Origin: Sphaerodactylus townsendi
Taxonomy: Eukaryota
Direction: 5' to 3'
Length of the DNA: 64,000 bases
Assembly: GCF_021028975.2 (NCBI RefSeq)
Contig: NC_059430.1
Span: 57,226,001-57,290,000 of the forward strand
A model generated the notes under the pieces. That model worked only from the letters and a program-made list of their open reading frames with translations. It was not told the DNA's origin and ran no database searches. Made by a program: the position numbers and the translations under genes. Each line of letters begins with the position of its first letter. The stretch's first letter is position 1. Positions 34,411 through 47,018 of the stretch are shown in pieces.

Positions 34411-37400
34411 TGCACCCCATTTCTGTAGCATGCCGCCAAGCCATGCTTGCAACCTATTTTTGCTCCTTGGCTCACCCCGGCAGCAATGGCTGCACCCGGT
34501 TATTCAGTTGCTGCTTTTTTTTGTTGGCACTTTTCCACACATGTTTTTCTTCATCTAGTGGGAATACATTATCACATCAGTTTATGTCTGGCAAATCTCT
34601 CTGCAGATTTAAATTGCAAGTTTTTATACCAGATATAACATCAAATCAATCAGTAGAGGGAGCAAAACACATATGGAACAGACTGTCCTCCCCTTGCCCT
34701 GAAAACAGGAACTTAGAAGCAAGGAAAAACAGAATGTGGAAAAGCCCTAAAACTTCTCTTCTCACAAGAATGAAAGTCTTCCCAACTAAACAGTGTGTTT
34801 GCAAACACCAAATACAACTTCATTATCAGTATTCCATTTTTTTAAAGGATGTGTTTTCTGTAGTTGGAAGTGATGCCAGTAAAAAGTACCATCAAGCAGG
34901 GAAAGAGAAATGCCAAGGGGAAAAAAACTTAAAAGATCAGGTTTGTAGCTTAGAGGCTGATCCTGGACCTCAGTGCTTGATGTTGGGAGGAGCCTAGTGT
35001 AACCCATCTCAAGTTTCCTTAAACAGGACATAAGCAAAATAAGAGTCAATAATTCCAAGCTCTTTACCACCTTATCAACTCTTTCCTCCTCTCCCTATGA
35101 ATGATTGCCTGATCAAGTTAGTCCTAAAAGTAACTGGATATAGTTTTCAGCAAACCTAACTCTACTTTCCAAGACATTTAAAAATCTGGCTCTCTAAGGC
35201 TTGAATAATAACAGTTTTATGGCATGTTTCATTTTATGTAAAATATCCATTGAGATCTCCCTAGGGAAAAAAAAACACTATGCCTTCCAAATGTGAGTGA
35301 TCAACAATGAAGGATTGAACTTGTGAATTTGCTTTAACAGTTTGTTTGATTTGTACTTTTGCTTCCAAGATAAACTTCATTTTGATAGCATTTAATAGGC
35401 AAATGTTTGCAAAATTACAGCACACTGTTATGGTGGAACTCATTACAATAATTTCTAAGCATCCAATTTTCCAAAATGAGATTGGTATAAAATTTATGGC
35501 TTTTTTGTTACATCATTTTATGAAATAGTTAGGTCATCTGGAGGCCATGAAACATTTGCTAAGCTATGAATTTCAAAACACAAATTAATATTAAACAAAA
35601 TGTAATAAAATTGCATAAAATATAACTTGAATTCAGTTTAAAGTTAGAGAATGAGTCTGCATAGATGAGTCTTGCTTTATATTATCATATACATAGCAAA
35701 TTATCCAAAAACTTTATTGTAGTCCTTAGAGACTCTCAAGTGCATGTTAACAAAAGAGATACATGGTGTGTTGGCGTTTATGCAACTCTTGCATCTAGAA
35801 ACAACTAAAGAAAATTATCACTGTAATGAATCATATAAGAATACTTATATCTATTACAATATATTTTTCTTTTCTATGAAATGTTAGGAATTGTACCATT
35901 CCTGTTAATGAGTTGGAAAATGTTGTATGTTCAAATCTCTTTTTTTTCCTTTTGGCAAAGCATCATGCTATTTGGATTATGAAAGGAAAAACCTCAATAT
36001 ACATCCATTGCAAACAGAATCAGAGAGTGCATTGGTAATGTTCATAAAAATATATTTCTTTGCCCAAAACATTTTTCTGCCATATGCCCCAGGCACCCCC
36101 TTCCAGCAAAGACATGAGACAACAGCATTGGGTTTAATTAGTTTATGTAAATAATTAATTATGCAGATCTACATCATATTATTAAATACACTAACAATTT
36201 AAATGAGCAGGCTATGCTAGGCAGCCTAACAAGGCTCCCTTTGTTTGGCAGACCCTCCCTGACTCCAAACTCAACCTGTGTCTTCTGCTGACCTTGCTTA
36301 TCATCCTCTGTGCACAAAGTACTAAAAGGTGCCTCAGCTCAGCCCCTTTCTCTGATATGCTATATAGACACTACCAAATTCAGAGAGATATTGCTCAGCA
36401 ACTGGGGCACTCTTTCCTAGCAACACCGTGCCATACAATCAATGATGCACTGTTTTAGATACACATTTCAACATTGCTTATACCTCAGGGTGCTTGACAA
36501 TGATCCCTACCTACTGTGATCAACCCACCCTATCCCTGCCACACAAGGCTCTTCATACTCCTGCTGACTATAACATCCTGCTGGCCCTGGTGCAGACCTG
36601 CCAAAACTACAAGTCATTTTCATCCAGACGCAGGGCAAGAATATCAGCATGTTGTGATTGACTGCACAGTAAAATAGAGGTTTAAAAGTGCAAGTCAGTC
36701 AGTGGAACAAGGTGCTAGCACAACAGAACAGGAAAGTGCTCTGATTGGGTAAGCTGACCTGTGCTTTGATTGGTGGAGCAAAACCAGTTGACTTAGAGAG
36801 GAGAGGGAAAATTTTGGGAACTTTTGGATTTGTGTGTGTTAAACTACTCTGAGGGAATTTTAGTTAAGGAGTGAATCTGACTTGAAATATATTGAGAGTC
36901 AGTATGTGCTGAAAGCAGAAAATATTCCTAATTTTCTTGCCTGCAAGTTTCATTTCAGTGGTCAAGGCTGAAGGTGGAATAACAGTAAGATTTTCCACAG
37001 GTGACCATAAATAAAAGGGAAGGGACTATATCTTCTGGGTGTAGAAGAAGAAATCCTAAGCCAGTTAGAACAGGAAGTATGCACACAGGTGGATTCCCAA
37101 GCTGGCATATTAGTGTTCTGCCATAGTTACCTCAGGAGGGAGCCAGTAACATCTAACTGTACCATCTTAAAGAAAAGAACCTCTCATAACATATAAGCAA
37201 CTGAAGAAACATAAAAAGCTTGATTAAGAACTGTGCCTGTGCCAAAACTGATGTTTGTATATAGTTAATTCGTGTCTGATCTCCATTCACTGAAATATCT
37301 CCTGATCCTACCTAGTTTGTTGTTGTTTCTTCTTGTTGCCTTGGAAATGGAGATTTTCCATAGGGAGAAGACTCCCTTCACTTTTCTAGAGTTCATCAGG

Positions 37401-38094
37401 CTCAGCAGATGAGCATAAAACACCTCCTCTGCTACCATCAAAATAGCTCAGTCATAGAAAAAATGAAAAAAACCTGCTCTGAATAACTAAGTGGCTGCTT
37501 GAGCCTGTCACAAATTGCTAGGAGGGTGGATTGGTGAAAGATGTCTGTCCATCCCTCAGGAGCAGGAGAAGGGAGGGCAGGATCTGGCTCCATAATATAC
37601 TTTGTAAGGATAGAGGCACAACTGCAATCCCATCTCACAGGCAGCTGCTCTCTTGCTTGCCCAGAAGATATTGGAATGGCCCACCTCCCTGACTGGGCTC
37701 CTTGGTATGCTTAGACCAGCAAAGATAGACAATATCAGCTTATCTAATGTAAGCGTAAAGACTTGTGACTACTACTTACCTAGTAGTTGAATCATCTACC
37801 CTGGCATACCAAATCTAGCAGCAATAAATGCAACTTCTGTTCTAAATGAATGGGTCCAAAATTGTCCTACATTATGTAGGATATAATGCCTAGCTGGCAG
37901 CAACTGTTCAACCAGCCCACATTATTTCTAGCTCGGTGCAAAATAGGCCAAGTAGAGTGAGGCTGCTATGGCTGGAGCCTAGAAGCTGAGCTTCTTGAAA
38001 CTGTGATGTACATGCAAAATCATTACACATAAAACCCACAACCTGATTGTGCCTTATCACTCTGCTTTGAAGACCTATATGACAAGGTTGAAAG

Positions 38095-38140
38095 AATAAT
38101 AATAACAATAACAACAACAACAACAACAACAACAATAATA
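38095..38140 (+). repeat. (AAT/AAC)n microsatellite
   Basis: aataataataacaataacaacaacaac... Confidence 0.9.
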
Positions 38141-40579
38141 TTTATTTATTAGCCTGTTAATTCAAGAAAGTCACAACTACCAAAATAGGAAAGTTTCATG
38201 AGCACATGAAGGTACGTTTCTGAGAGAACTTGGAAACAACGGTAGTCCCTCATCACTAGGACTTAAAGAATCATCTGTGAACCAAATAAAGCAACAGACC
38301 TAGTTACCTCTCTTCAGCAAACTGCATAAAAGGATCCTGCTATGTAAGATCTTTCAAATTAGTGGCCCAATCTCACAGAAAGTATGCTCCCATTGCTGAC
38401 CTGAATAGATTAATCAACATTGCCCCAGGTGCCACATAAGTGATCATGTGAGGATGCATTGTGCCATCTGCCCTCTCCCTCCCTCCCTCCCTCCCTCCCT
38501 CCCTCCCAGGAGCAAGGCTGATGGGTTGGGGTGCATCACTTAATACACCTTGACCCAGAAGCCTTGCAGCCCCATCTTTCCTTTCCTTTCCCATCCCCCT
38601 GAGAGAGATGTGAGGACACCTCAAGATCAACCCAGCAGCCTTGCAGTTTTGTGCATTCACTTCCTTTCCCTTCCTTTCTTCCCACCTGAGTGAGGATGTC
38701 GGAATGCACCAAGGTTGCCAAGTCGATGCTTGACCTGGCAGCCTTGCAACACTGTTCCCTACCCTTCTCCACCAGCCCCTCCCTTCCCCTAGCCACAACA
38801 TTTCCTACTTTTCTACCAAGCCTCCTCTTTTCCCCCAGCCACAATGGAACAGTAGAACCCAGAAGAAAATAGTAAATACTACTATATGAAGTTGGTGCAA
38901 TATGGAAACTAAAGCCTCATGCATGATTTTTGGTAAAGGTATAACTTGGATATGTTGTGAAGAGATTTCTAAAAATTACTCACTGTGGGCTTTGAGGTAG
39001 ACAGATTACTTCGTGCTAAATTAAGCATTTTGACAAATCAACCCTTGTGCAAAGTAAATATTATTTTAAAAGACCCATGTATTTGTCAACTAAAACAAAT
39101 GTTAAAAAAATGCCACCCTGCCCCAACAGATTTTCAAAGGTAAAATTGGGAGCAGTGTCTGCAGCAGGAGGAGGGAAGCCACCAGTCCCCAAAGGAAAAA
39201 TTTCCCCAGTCTCCAGTCTGTTGGGCGGGGGGGGGGGGGACAATTTCAGAACTTGCCCTGGCACCGTTTTCTCTAGACTCACCCTTGCTCTGAATGCTCC
39301 TGTATGGGTTCTTCGTGTGCTCAGACTTCAAGCATCTTCCCAATCCTAAAATCACTTGTGGGGTCTCTATGGCCCTCAGATTTTGCTTTGAATATTAATG
39401 CAGCTGTATAACTCTTAATGATCCTAACCATCAAACATCTCCCTTTGAGCAGTATTAGAAATTGCTGTCAGTTATTCTCTATCTTTTTATGTTCTAGTTT
39501 TAAAAAGCTCACTGTAATAAACCATAGAATATTGCATTGTTTAACTGCCTGTAGTTGCTTTCTGTATTGGTGCTGTTCTTTCTAGTTTTTCTACATCAGA
39601 TTTTGATGCTTTTTGAATTGTTTTAACATATGGTTGCAAGTTAAGGATCAATTGATGGAATGGCAGATTAGAAAACTTCAAAACAAATTTAAATCGATAA
39701 AAGGACCTATAAAAATTAATTCAAACTGAATCAAATTAAAGCATCAAGATTAGATAACTATTTCTAAATCTTCCCGTCAGAATGTTCTGCTGTGACTCAG
39801 TGGGCGCAAAAGTTAGGCAACATTGGAAAATGCATCAATTTTCTAAATAAAGTCACAAATAAACTTTCATGGCTTTGGAAGACACCAGCATCAGTCTGGA
39901 AAGCCACAAGAAGCTAGTGGGACCACTAATGTCTTGCTGTTTCTGCCTTAGCAATCTGACTGCAAAGAGTTACATTTGTGCCAATGGGCATCACTAACAA
40001 CTCACTCAACTTCACTGCCAATATGGCAATTTGCATCACATTACCCACAATGCTTCACATTGAGATTTTGCTTTGAAAACAGATTTAATTGAGCCTTGCT
40101 GAGCTGCATTAATGTGTCTGTTTAAATTGAGCAAATCTAATTAGCTCGCATGAAAGTTATGCCACCTCTGGTGCAGCAAAGTTAATGCAATTAAAATCTG
40201 TGGGTTGTATTGAGTATTGTAAGGACAGATTGGCTGGTGGAAGAAAGTTCAATAGCCACCAGGGAATGGCCAGTTTTCCAGGTGTGTGTTTTCATGGTAT
40301 CTGATGCATTATTTACTAGCAGTATCTTGTTCTCTAAAGAAGCTGTTTTAATCTAGAGGCCATTTTAAGATAGGTATTAAAGTAAATACGTGTATGTATA
40401 ATAGTGTGCATATAATCTCTCACACACGTGCTAGCTTCCTTTTCAATTCCAGTTAGGAAATTACCCTACTCATAGTTCACAATTTTTATAGATATGTTTT
40501 GGCAACGCTTTGTGGTGAAAACATTCTGGTCTGAGATTCTTACAGAAATCTATCATATTTCAGGGATTACCATCATTTT

Positions 40580-40920
40580 AATCTCAAAGTAGTGTTACTG
40601 GGAGTAGTTAATGCATACAGTCTGGAAATCAGTATAAGGATGATTCTTGACATAATTACAGCTGCAAAACTGCTAATAGCAAAAAAATTTGGAAAACCAG
40701 TGAACAGAATCAAATTTTGAATTTAAAAACATGGGATATTGTGAAACTATCAAAATTTTCACAACTTGTTCAACTAAGAGATGAATGTATTTTAAAAGAA
40801 TGTTTTTTGATAGCTGGAAAACTTCAAATTTTGGGGAAAGGAATTAAATATGACATTAGACTGGTACAGTTGCATTTTACTTTTATATTAAATAGGATAG
40901 TGGAAATGAGTAAGTAGTCA
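40580..40920 (+). mobile_element. Decayed L1 ORF2 C-terminal fragment
   Basis: ataattacagctgcaaaactgctaatagcaaaa...tggaaa reads IITAAKLLIAK.WK. Confidence 0.45.
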
Positions 40921-40954
40921 AGACTGAGCATTGATTAAGCAATTGTTATATAAG

Positions 40955-41140
40955 CCCAGGCTAGCTTGATCTTCTCTGATCTTGGAACCTAAGCAGGGAC
41001 AGCTCTGGTTAGTATTTCAATAGGAGACAACCAAGAAATATCAGTGTCACTACGTAAGGCAGGAAATGGCAAACCACTTTTGTACATTTCTTGGCTTGAA
41101 AATTTCAAGGGTTTGCCATACGTCACTGGTATTTTAACAG
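40955..41140 (+). mobile_element. 5S rRNA-derived SINE (decayed)
   Basis: gatcttctctgatcttggaacctaagcagggacagctctggttagtatt resembles 5S rRNA; followed by a ggaaatggcaaaccac body. Confidence 0.7.
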
Positions 41141-42757
41141 CAATATCTATCTATATTTATCTATTAACAAGCTTTAAATTTGGTATTTATAATATTGTAA
41201 TGGTTGTTTATAAATTTTTGTTGAGGTGAGTTGTTTCAAAATTAAATCTATGATTTAACATCATCTAATGTATTGTAAAAAAATTTTCTTTTTGAAATAT
41301 TTTTTAAGTTGCCCTACTCATACTTTACAATTCCCATTCCTTAACTGTCTCTTCAACTGGGACGTATTTGCATCCTCTATTCTTACTGCTTCATGCCTTA
41401 ATATATATTGTAATAGTTACTCATGCATAGAATGTTCTGCTGCTGCTGTACTCCATGACATTCAACTGGTCCTTTACCAAAACAGGACCTTACTGCTTTA
41501 GAAACATCTCCGAACTACCAACTATAGGTGAAGCACCCCCGTCTAGCTTTCTTTGAAATTATTCTGGGGGGGGGAGGGGGGTTGAGAAGGATGGTGAACT
41601 GTACTCATTCTGGTCCAAAAAGACTTTTGCATTGTCAGATGATTTTAATGGATTCCATTTAATGCCTAAATTAACCCAATGAGATTAGAATATTTTTGCA
41701 CTCCTCCCAATACTTCAGACAAATGTACCAGTATAAGCCATTCATGAGCCCTACCATTTTCACCATTTTGCAGGAAAAGCCTTCCCCTTCCTTTCAAAGA
41801 ACAGCCTCCCTTGCTCACAATAATGGCCTGAGCCTGCCACACAAACACAGATGCTGTGACATATTATCAGATCACTGCATTCCAACAATGAATGCTAAAA
41901 AAAACAGGCACTGTGAGCAGTCTATCAAATAAATGATGAGATATAATATTTCACATCTATATGGTTCAGATCCATAACAGTGACATTCCGGACCTGATCA
42001 TTTGCTAAGAAGACAAAGTAAAAAGTACACATTATGACACCAAACCTGATAATGGGTGCAAAAAGAAGAATGAAAAAGAAACAGAAAAATGAATCCATTA
42101 TAGCTATTGCCATCTATATGATCACAATAACCCAAGGACAAGAAAAATGAAACCTAACACCCTGTGTCAAGAGTGCTGGTTCCCTTCAGGGGCTTATTAA
42201 CACTTCTATTTATCAACCCTACACATAAGTAGGAAATTTATTTCAAGGCTATCACAAAGTATAATGACCATTACACAGTAGCTAAAGGGGAGTGCCAATT
42301 CTCCTCTCAAGTAAAATGCAGCAAATAATATATAGCTTCAAAGCTAGATATACTCCTAGGCTTGTGAAATAAACTTCCAAGTATCTTGCAGCGTATTACT
42401 TATTCTCATTTTGCTATGCTTTGTACCAGTCTTTCACAGTGTACATCTTTCACAGCGTAAGATTTCTGAAACTCTTAATTGCTAAGCTATGTTACTGTGA
42501 TTTACCCGAGAAAGGTGAACTTTAAAGAACATAAATTAAATTTGAATAGCATGTTGAATACATATGTACCAAAATAAGATAATAACAAGTTTTATATTGA
42601 GAGTTTTCAAAATATTACATTAAGTTTGATGTATCCTACTGTTGGATGCAAAGGTATAACAAAAATGATTTCAAAAGGTAACTGCCACGTACGCACTCTC
42701 GCTGCCACCACTTATATAATAACAGTCACTAAACACCCCCGAGCCTTGGGCCACCGA

Positions 42758-43492
42758 TCTATAAACGCGAAATACCACTCACTGACTTACTGACTGACTC
42801 ATCAACAGAACTCAAAACATGAAATTTGGCACACCTGTTCCTTACGTACTCCAGGTGCTTACTAAGAAAGGATTTCCCAAAATATTCACTTTCACTCAAT
42901 TTATTACCTATTTACTGTTTTAACTGCTCATCTCTGGCCATCTGCGCGAACATTCTAAGGGCAAACCAACTGCTCAGTCCACAGACATGCTGCATGAACA
43001 TTCTAAGGGTGACAGTTCAACACCACCAGCTTCACTCTACCACTGCCTCCACAACCTTTGAAAACAAACCCATCAGTCCATAGACAGGCTGTGAGGAAAT
43101 ATGCTGCATGTCATCCCAAAGTTCACAAACAGGCTGTAAAAAAGTATGCTGAATGTCACCTCGAAGTTAACAGACAGGCTGTGAAAAAGTACTCCTCCAC
43201 CCACCCTCACGTTAACAACACAGCTACAGCCAAATACTATCAAAACAGATTACAAACCACACTATCACCTTGGTCTACTAAACATTTGTCGGGTTTTGCA
43301 TATGGTCATCAGATTTATTACTTTCCACCAAACTCAGGGCTCTCACAAGCCTCCTCAGCTTAATAGAGTTGTCTGACTCCTGCAGTTTTACATCAAGTTT
43401 CCAGAGGTACCTAATACTACCATACATCACTCCCACGTATTTCCAAAAAGTGACGCAGCAACACCAGCCATGTAATTCCAAACAGTGTAGCG
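42758..43492 (+). mobile_element. Second, truncated copy of the non-autonomous Helitron
   Basis: tctataaacgcgaaataccact... is collinear with the reverse complement of the 5005-6248 copy. It ends at gtgtagcg, just before the terminal hairpin. Confidence 0.8.
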
Positions 43493-43523
43493 TCGGCAGC
43501 TTGAAATCTGCAGGCCTCTCCCC

Positions 43524-43659
43524 CAGTGGTGGGATTCAAAAAATTTAAAAATTGGTTCCAGGGGTGGGATGCAAATAATTTAACAACTGGTTGTTCACAA
43601 GCACCATTTTAACAACTGGTTTGGCTGAAGTGGTGCGAACCTGCTGAATTCCACCACTG
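43524..43659. mobile_element. hAT MITE (CAGTGGTGGGATTC family)
   Basis: TIRs CAGTGGTGGGATTC...GAATTCCACCACTG; imperfect TSD ctctcccc/ctccccca. Confidence 0.8.
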
Positions 43660-44590
43660 CTCCCCCACCCAGCCAAAAAACCTTCCATCTTCACTGGATT
43701 CAGCTTCAGTCTGCTCATCCTCAACCAACCTGCCATGTTTCTAGACAGTGCTAGAGTGCTTCAGGGGTGGAGGCCAATCAACCCTTCACCATGAGGATGA
43801 GCTGGGTGTCATCTGCATATTGATGACACCCAGGCCCAAAGATCTGTACCACTGGGCAAGGGGTTGCATATAAATGTTAAAAAGCATTGGAGAGAGAAAG
43901 ACTCCCTGAGGCACTCCACATTCAGTTTTATGCGGCTTGGGGGCCCCACTCCCCAATGCTACCTGAGACTCCTGGTCACCGAGAAAGGAGGTCAACCAAG
44001 ATAAGGCTGATCCCCACATCCCAGTGCTCGCAAGACAGTGGACCAAAAGGTCATGACTAAAAGGTCATGCCAGACAATGTTGAACACCACAGTCAGAGCT
44101 AATATGACTAGGAGCACTGTGAAGCTCATCCATGATAGCGACCAGAACAGTCTCTGTTCCATGACCAGCACAGAAGCTGGACAGGAAGGAATCTAACACT
44201 TTTGCTTCATCCAAGAATACCCGAAGCTTCTCTGCTACCACTCTCTCAATTACCTTACACAGGAGCTAAAGGTTTGAAACTGGGTGGTTTGGCCAGATCC
44301 AAAGGATCTAAAGATGGTCTTTTCAAGAGTTGGCGGACCACTGCCTCTTTTAACCTCCCTTGAAAAACTCCTTGATCAAGAGAGTAATTGATGATTTTCA
44401 ACAGGGGGAAGGGCTCGCAATACCTCCCCACTGGCCTTAATTAGCCAGGAGGGGCAGGGATCAAAGAGGCAAGTGATAGGTCAAACTGCAGCCAGAATTC
44501 TTTTCACATCAGTGCATTTGAGCAGCCTGGAGTGGTCTAATTTTAGATCAAAAGATGGCCAAAGGGTTTTGAGTTTACGTACTGTATCAA
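43660..44590 (-). mobile_element. L2 LINE RT fragment
   Basis: CGVPQGVFLSPMLFNIYMQPL and, in another frame, HQYADDTQL; then WLRMSRLKLNP.K.E. Confidence 0.85.
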
Positions 44591-46312
44591 TTGTTATCCA
44601 AACAGGCAGTGTTTGCATGCTGACGTCCCATGAGTGAATGGTAGCTTTCTTTTCCTTTCTTCCCTCTTTGCAAAGATGCAATACTCTGAAGAAATGCATG
44701 CCAGCCATTGGCTGGGAGAGAATCTCTCAACATTTGTTGAAAGCTCTAGAGAGCTCTCATTGTTAGGGCCGAATCAAACTAGAAAAAGCCAAACTGAGGT
44801 TGGTTGTTTTTTTTCAGATTCAGCTTTACCAAATCACTAAACCTAATTTCAGGCTTTAGACAATTTTTGTTGTGTTAGGCAAGTTTTATTTGCAGGGTTT
44901 TCCAGTCTCTGTAATCCTAGTCCTACTGCATTTTCATTATCTTCCCTGTCTAATTTAATTGCCTTTCATATTCTGTAATGCACTTTAAGTCTCAATGAAA
45001 AAGACAAACTATAAATGAAACTGTTGTTTTGTTGCTGATATACATGTTAGCATTTCAGCAGGTATAAAAGGAATTGGGGGCTCTCCCTTTACCACCAAAA
45101 AACGTTATGATGGGGATCATGGGACCTGCTTGAACAAAAATCAGAAGGAGTGACTGCTTTGGGAAGGAAAGCAACTAGGCAGGATTAAGTGAAAAAGCTG
45201 GCTGGATCCAACCCAATCAACATTATGATAATGCTAATTTTGAATTTTCCCTTGATATAAAGAAAGTAAAATATAATTTAGTGGCTGTAGATGGGAAATA
45301 TATTATCAGAATAAATATTGTGCATTTATTTTTCACAGGATTAAAAACAACAACAAATAACAGGATCTAAGCCTATGTCCATTTTATAAGTGTATTTTAT
45401 AAGTGGATGAAAGGATCAGGGAATTGGTTAAAGGGTTTGCATAAGGACAGAAAGGCATTTGTGATTGTCATTATATTACCTTGAGTCCATGTTTTAAAAG
45501 GTCTCTTTTTTAAAAATGAAACAGCTGTTGAGCCATACTAGAGTTGTTCTGTTGATTTTCAAGGAGTAGCACAGACCAACTTTCTTTTCATTCATAGTAA
45601 ATGCATCTGTTCTTGAATTTCAATGACTGTTCAAAAATCCTTTTAAAAGTAATTAAATATAACATGCAGCTCATTTCCTAATCTATAACCCACTGTAGAC
45701 TCAAGGTAATATATTTGAAAAAAGCAAGATTTACACTCCAGTGATAGCACTTTATAATAACCTGACCTCTTTTTAGCTCAGGTGCCACTTTCGTGGTATT
45801 GATTACTTGAAATGTAACTACTATAGATTAATTCTACCTCTAAATGAGGAACACTGGCATGCACAAATGAAACACAGAGTTCACACATAAAGATTCCTTT
45901 TTTTAAAAAAAAAAGATACATCAACTCCATAAAACAACAGTAGGCTAAAGAAAATAGTTCACAGTAAAAAATCTAATTTAATATACATGACAAACAAAAT
46001 ATTACTAAGCTTTTGCTGATAAATGAGACTTTTCCCATCTTCACAGATGGAAAATGCTCTAGATGTTAGAATAGTTAACTCTTGGAAAGGGGATTGTCAT
46101 AATATGGGCATAGGCTTAGATCCAAACGAGCCTCATCCACTCATTTTGGGGGTATCTGTTTATATCTCCCGTTCCATTACAACCCCTAGCCTTGAGTTCT
46201 TGTCACACAATGGTGCCCACTGTGTTTTTAAAAATGGACAGTGAATATAGGGTTCTTCTTACTACTGGGTTCCCAGTGGTGGGATCCAAAAATTTTACTA
46301 ACAGGTTCCCAT

Positions 46313-47018
46313 TGACAACACTACATGCGAAAGGGATCTGGGAGTCTTAGTAGACCATAAACTAAATATGAGTCAGCAGTGTGATCTGGCGGCCAAGAAA
46401 GCCAATGCAAATCTGGGTTGTATCAATAGAAGTATAGTGTCAAGATCGAGGGATGTAATTGTACCTCTCTATTCTGCATTGGTTAGACCTCACCTGGAAT
46501 ATTGTGTACAGTTCTGGGCACTGCAGTTCGGGAGGGATGCTGACTGGCTGGAGAGGGTCCAGAGGAGGACAACCAAAATGGTAAAGGGTCTGGAGTCCGT
46601 GCTGTACAAAGAGAGGCTTAGGGAACTGGGGATGTTTAGTCTGGAGAAGCGTAGGTTAAGGGGTGACATGATAGTCATGTTTAAATATTTGAAGGGATGT
46701 CATGTCAAAGAGGGAGCAAGCTTGTTTTCTGCTGCCTCAGAGACTAGAACACAGAGTAGTGGATTTAAGGTGAAGGAAAAGAGATTCCATCTAAACATTA
46801 GGAAGAACTTCCTGACTGTCAGGGCTGTTCGACAGTGAAACGCACCACCTCGGAGAGTGGTGGAGTCTCCTTCTTTGGAGGTTTTTAAACAGAGGCTGGA
46901 TGAGCATATGTCGGGAGTGCTTTGATTGTGTGTTCCTGCATTGCAGGGGGTTGGACTTGATGGCCTTTGTGGTCTTTTCCAACTCTATGAATCTGTTATT
47001 CTATTCTATGATTCTATG
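46313..47018 (+). mobile_element. CR1 3' fragment, (ATTCTATG)n-tail family
   Basis: ORF 46368-46838 with VRPHLEYCVQFW and KRRLRGD; tail attctattctatgattctatg. Preceded by a truncated hAT MITE end (46274-46311). Confidence 0.92.

Larger units (their letters stand above)
28790..34420 (-). mobile_element. Ngaro-type tyrosine-recombinase retrotransposon (gag, RT/RNase H, YR, SGNH hydrolase)
   Basis: The ORF order and motifs listed below, no methyltransferase-like domain, a sharp GC-rich island and a 5' promoter. The 3' repeats run into the gap at 28833-29049. Boundaries are approximate. Confidence 0.92.

Noticed and set aside
36650-37440. Possible second solo LTR
   Set aside because: CCAAT-like boxes are present, but I could not define termini or a TSD.
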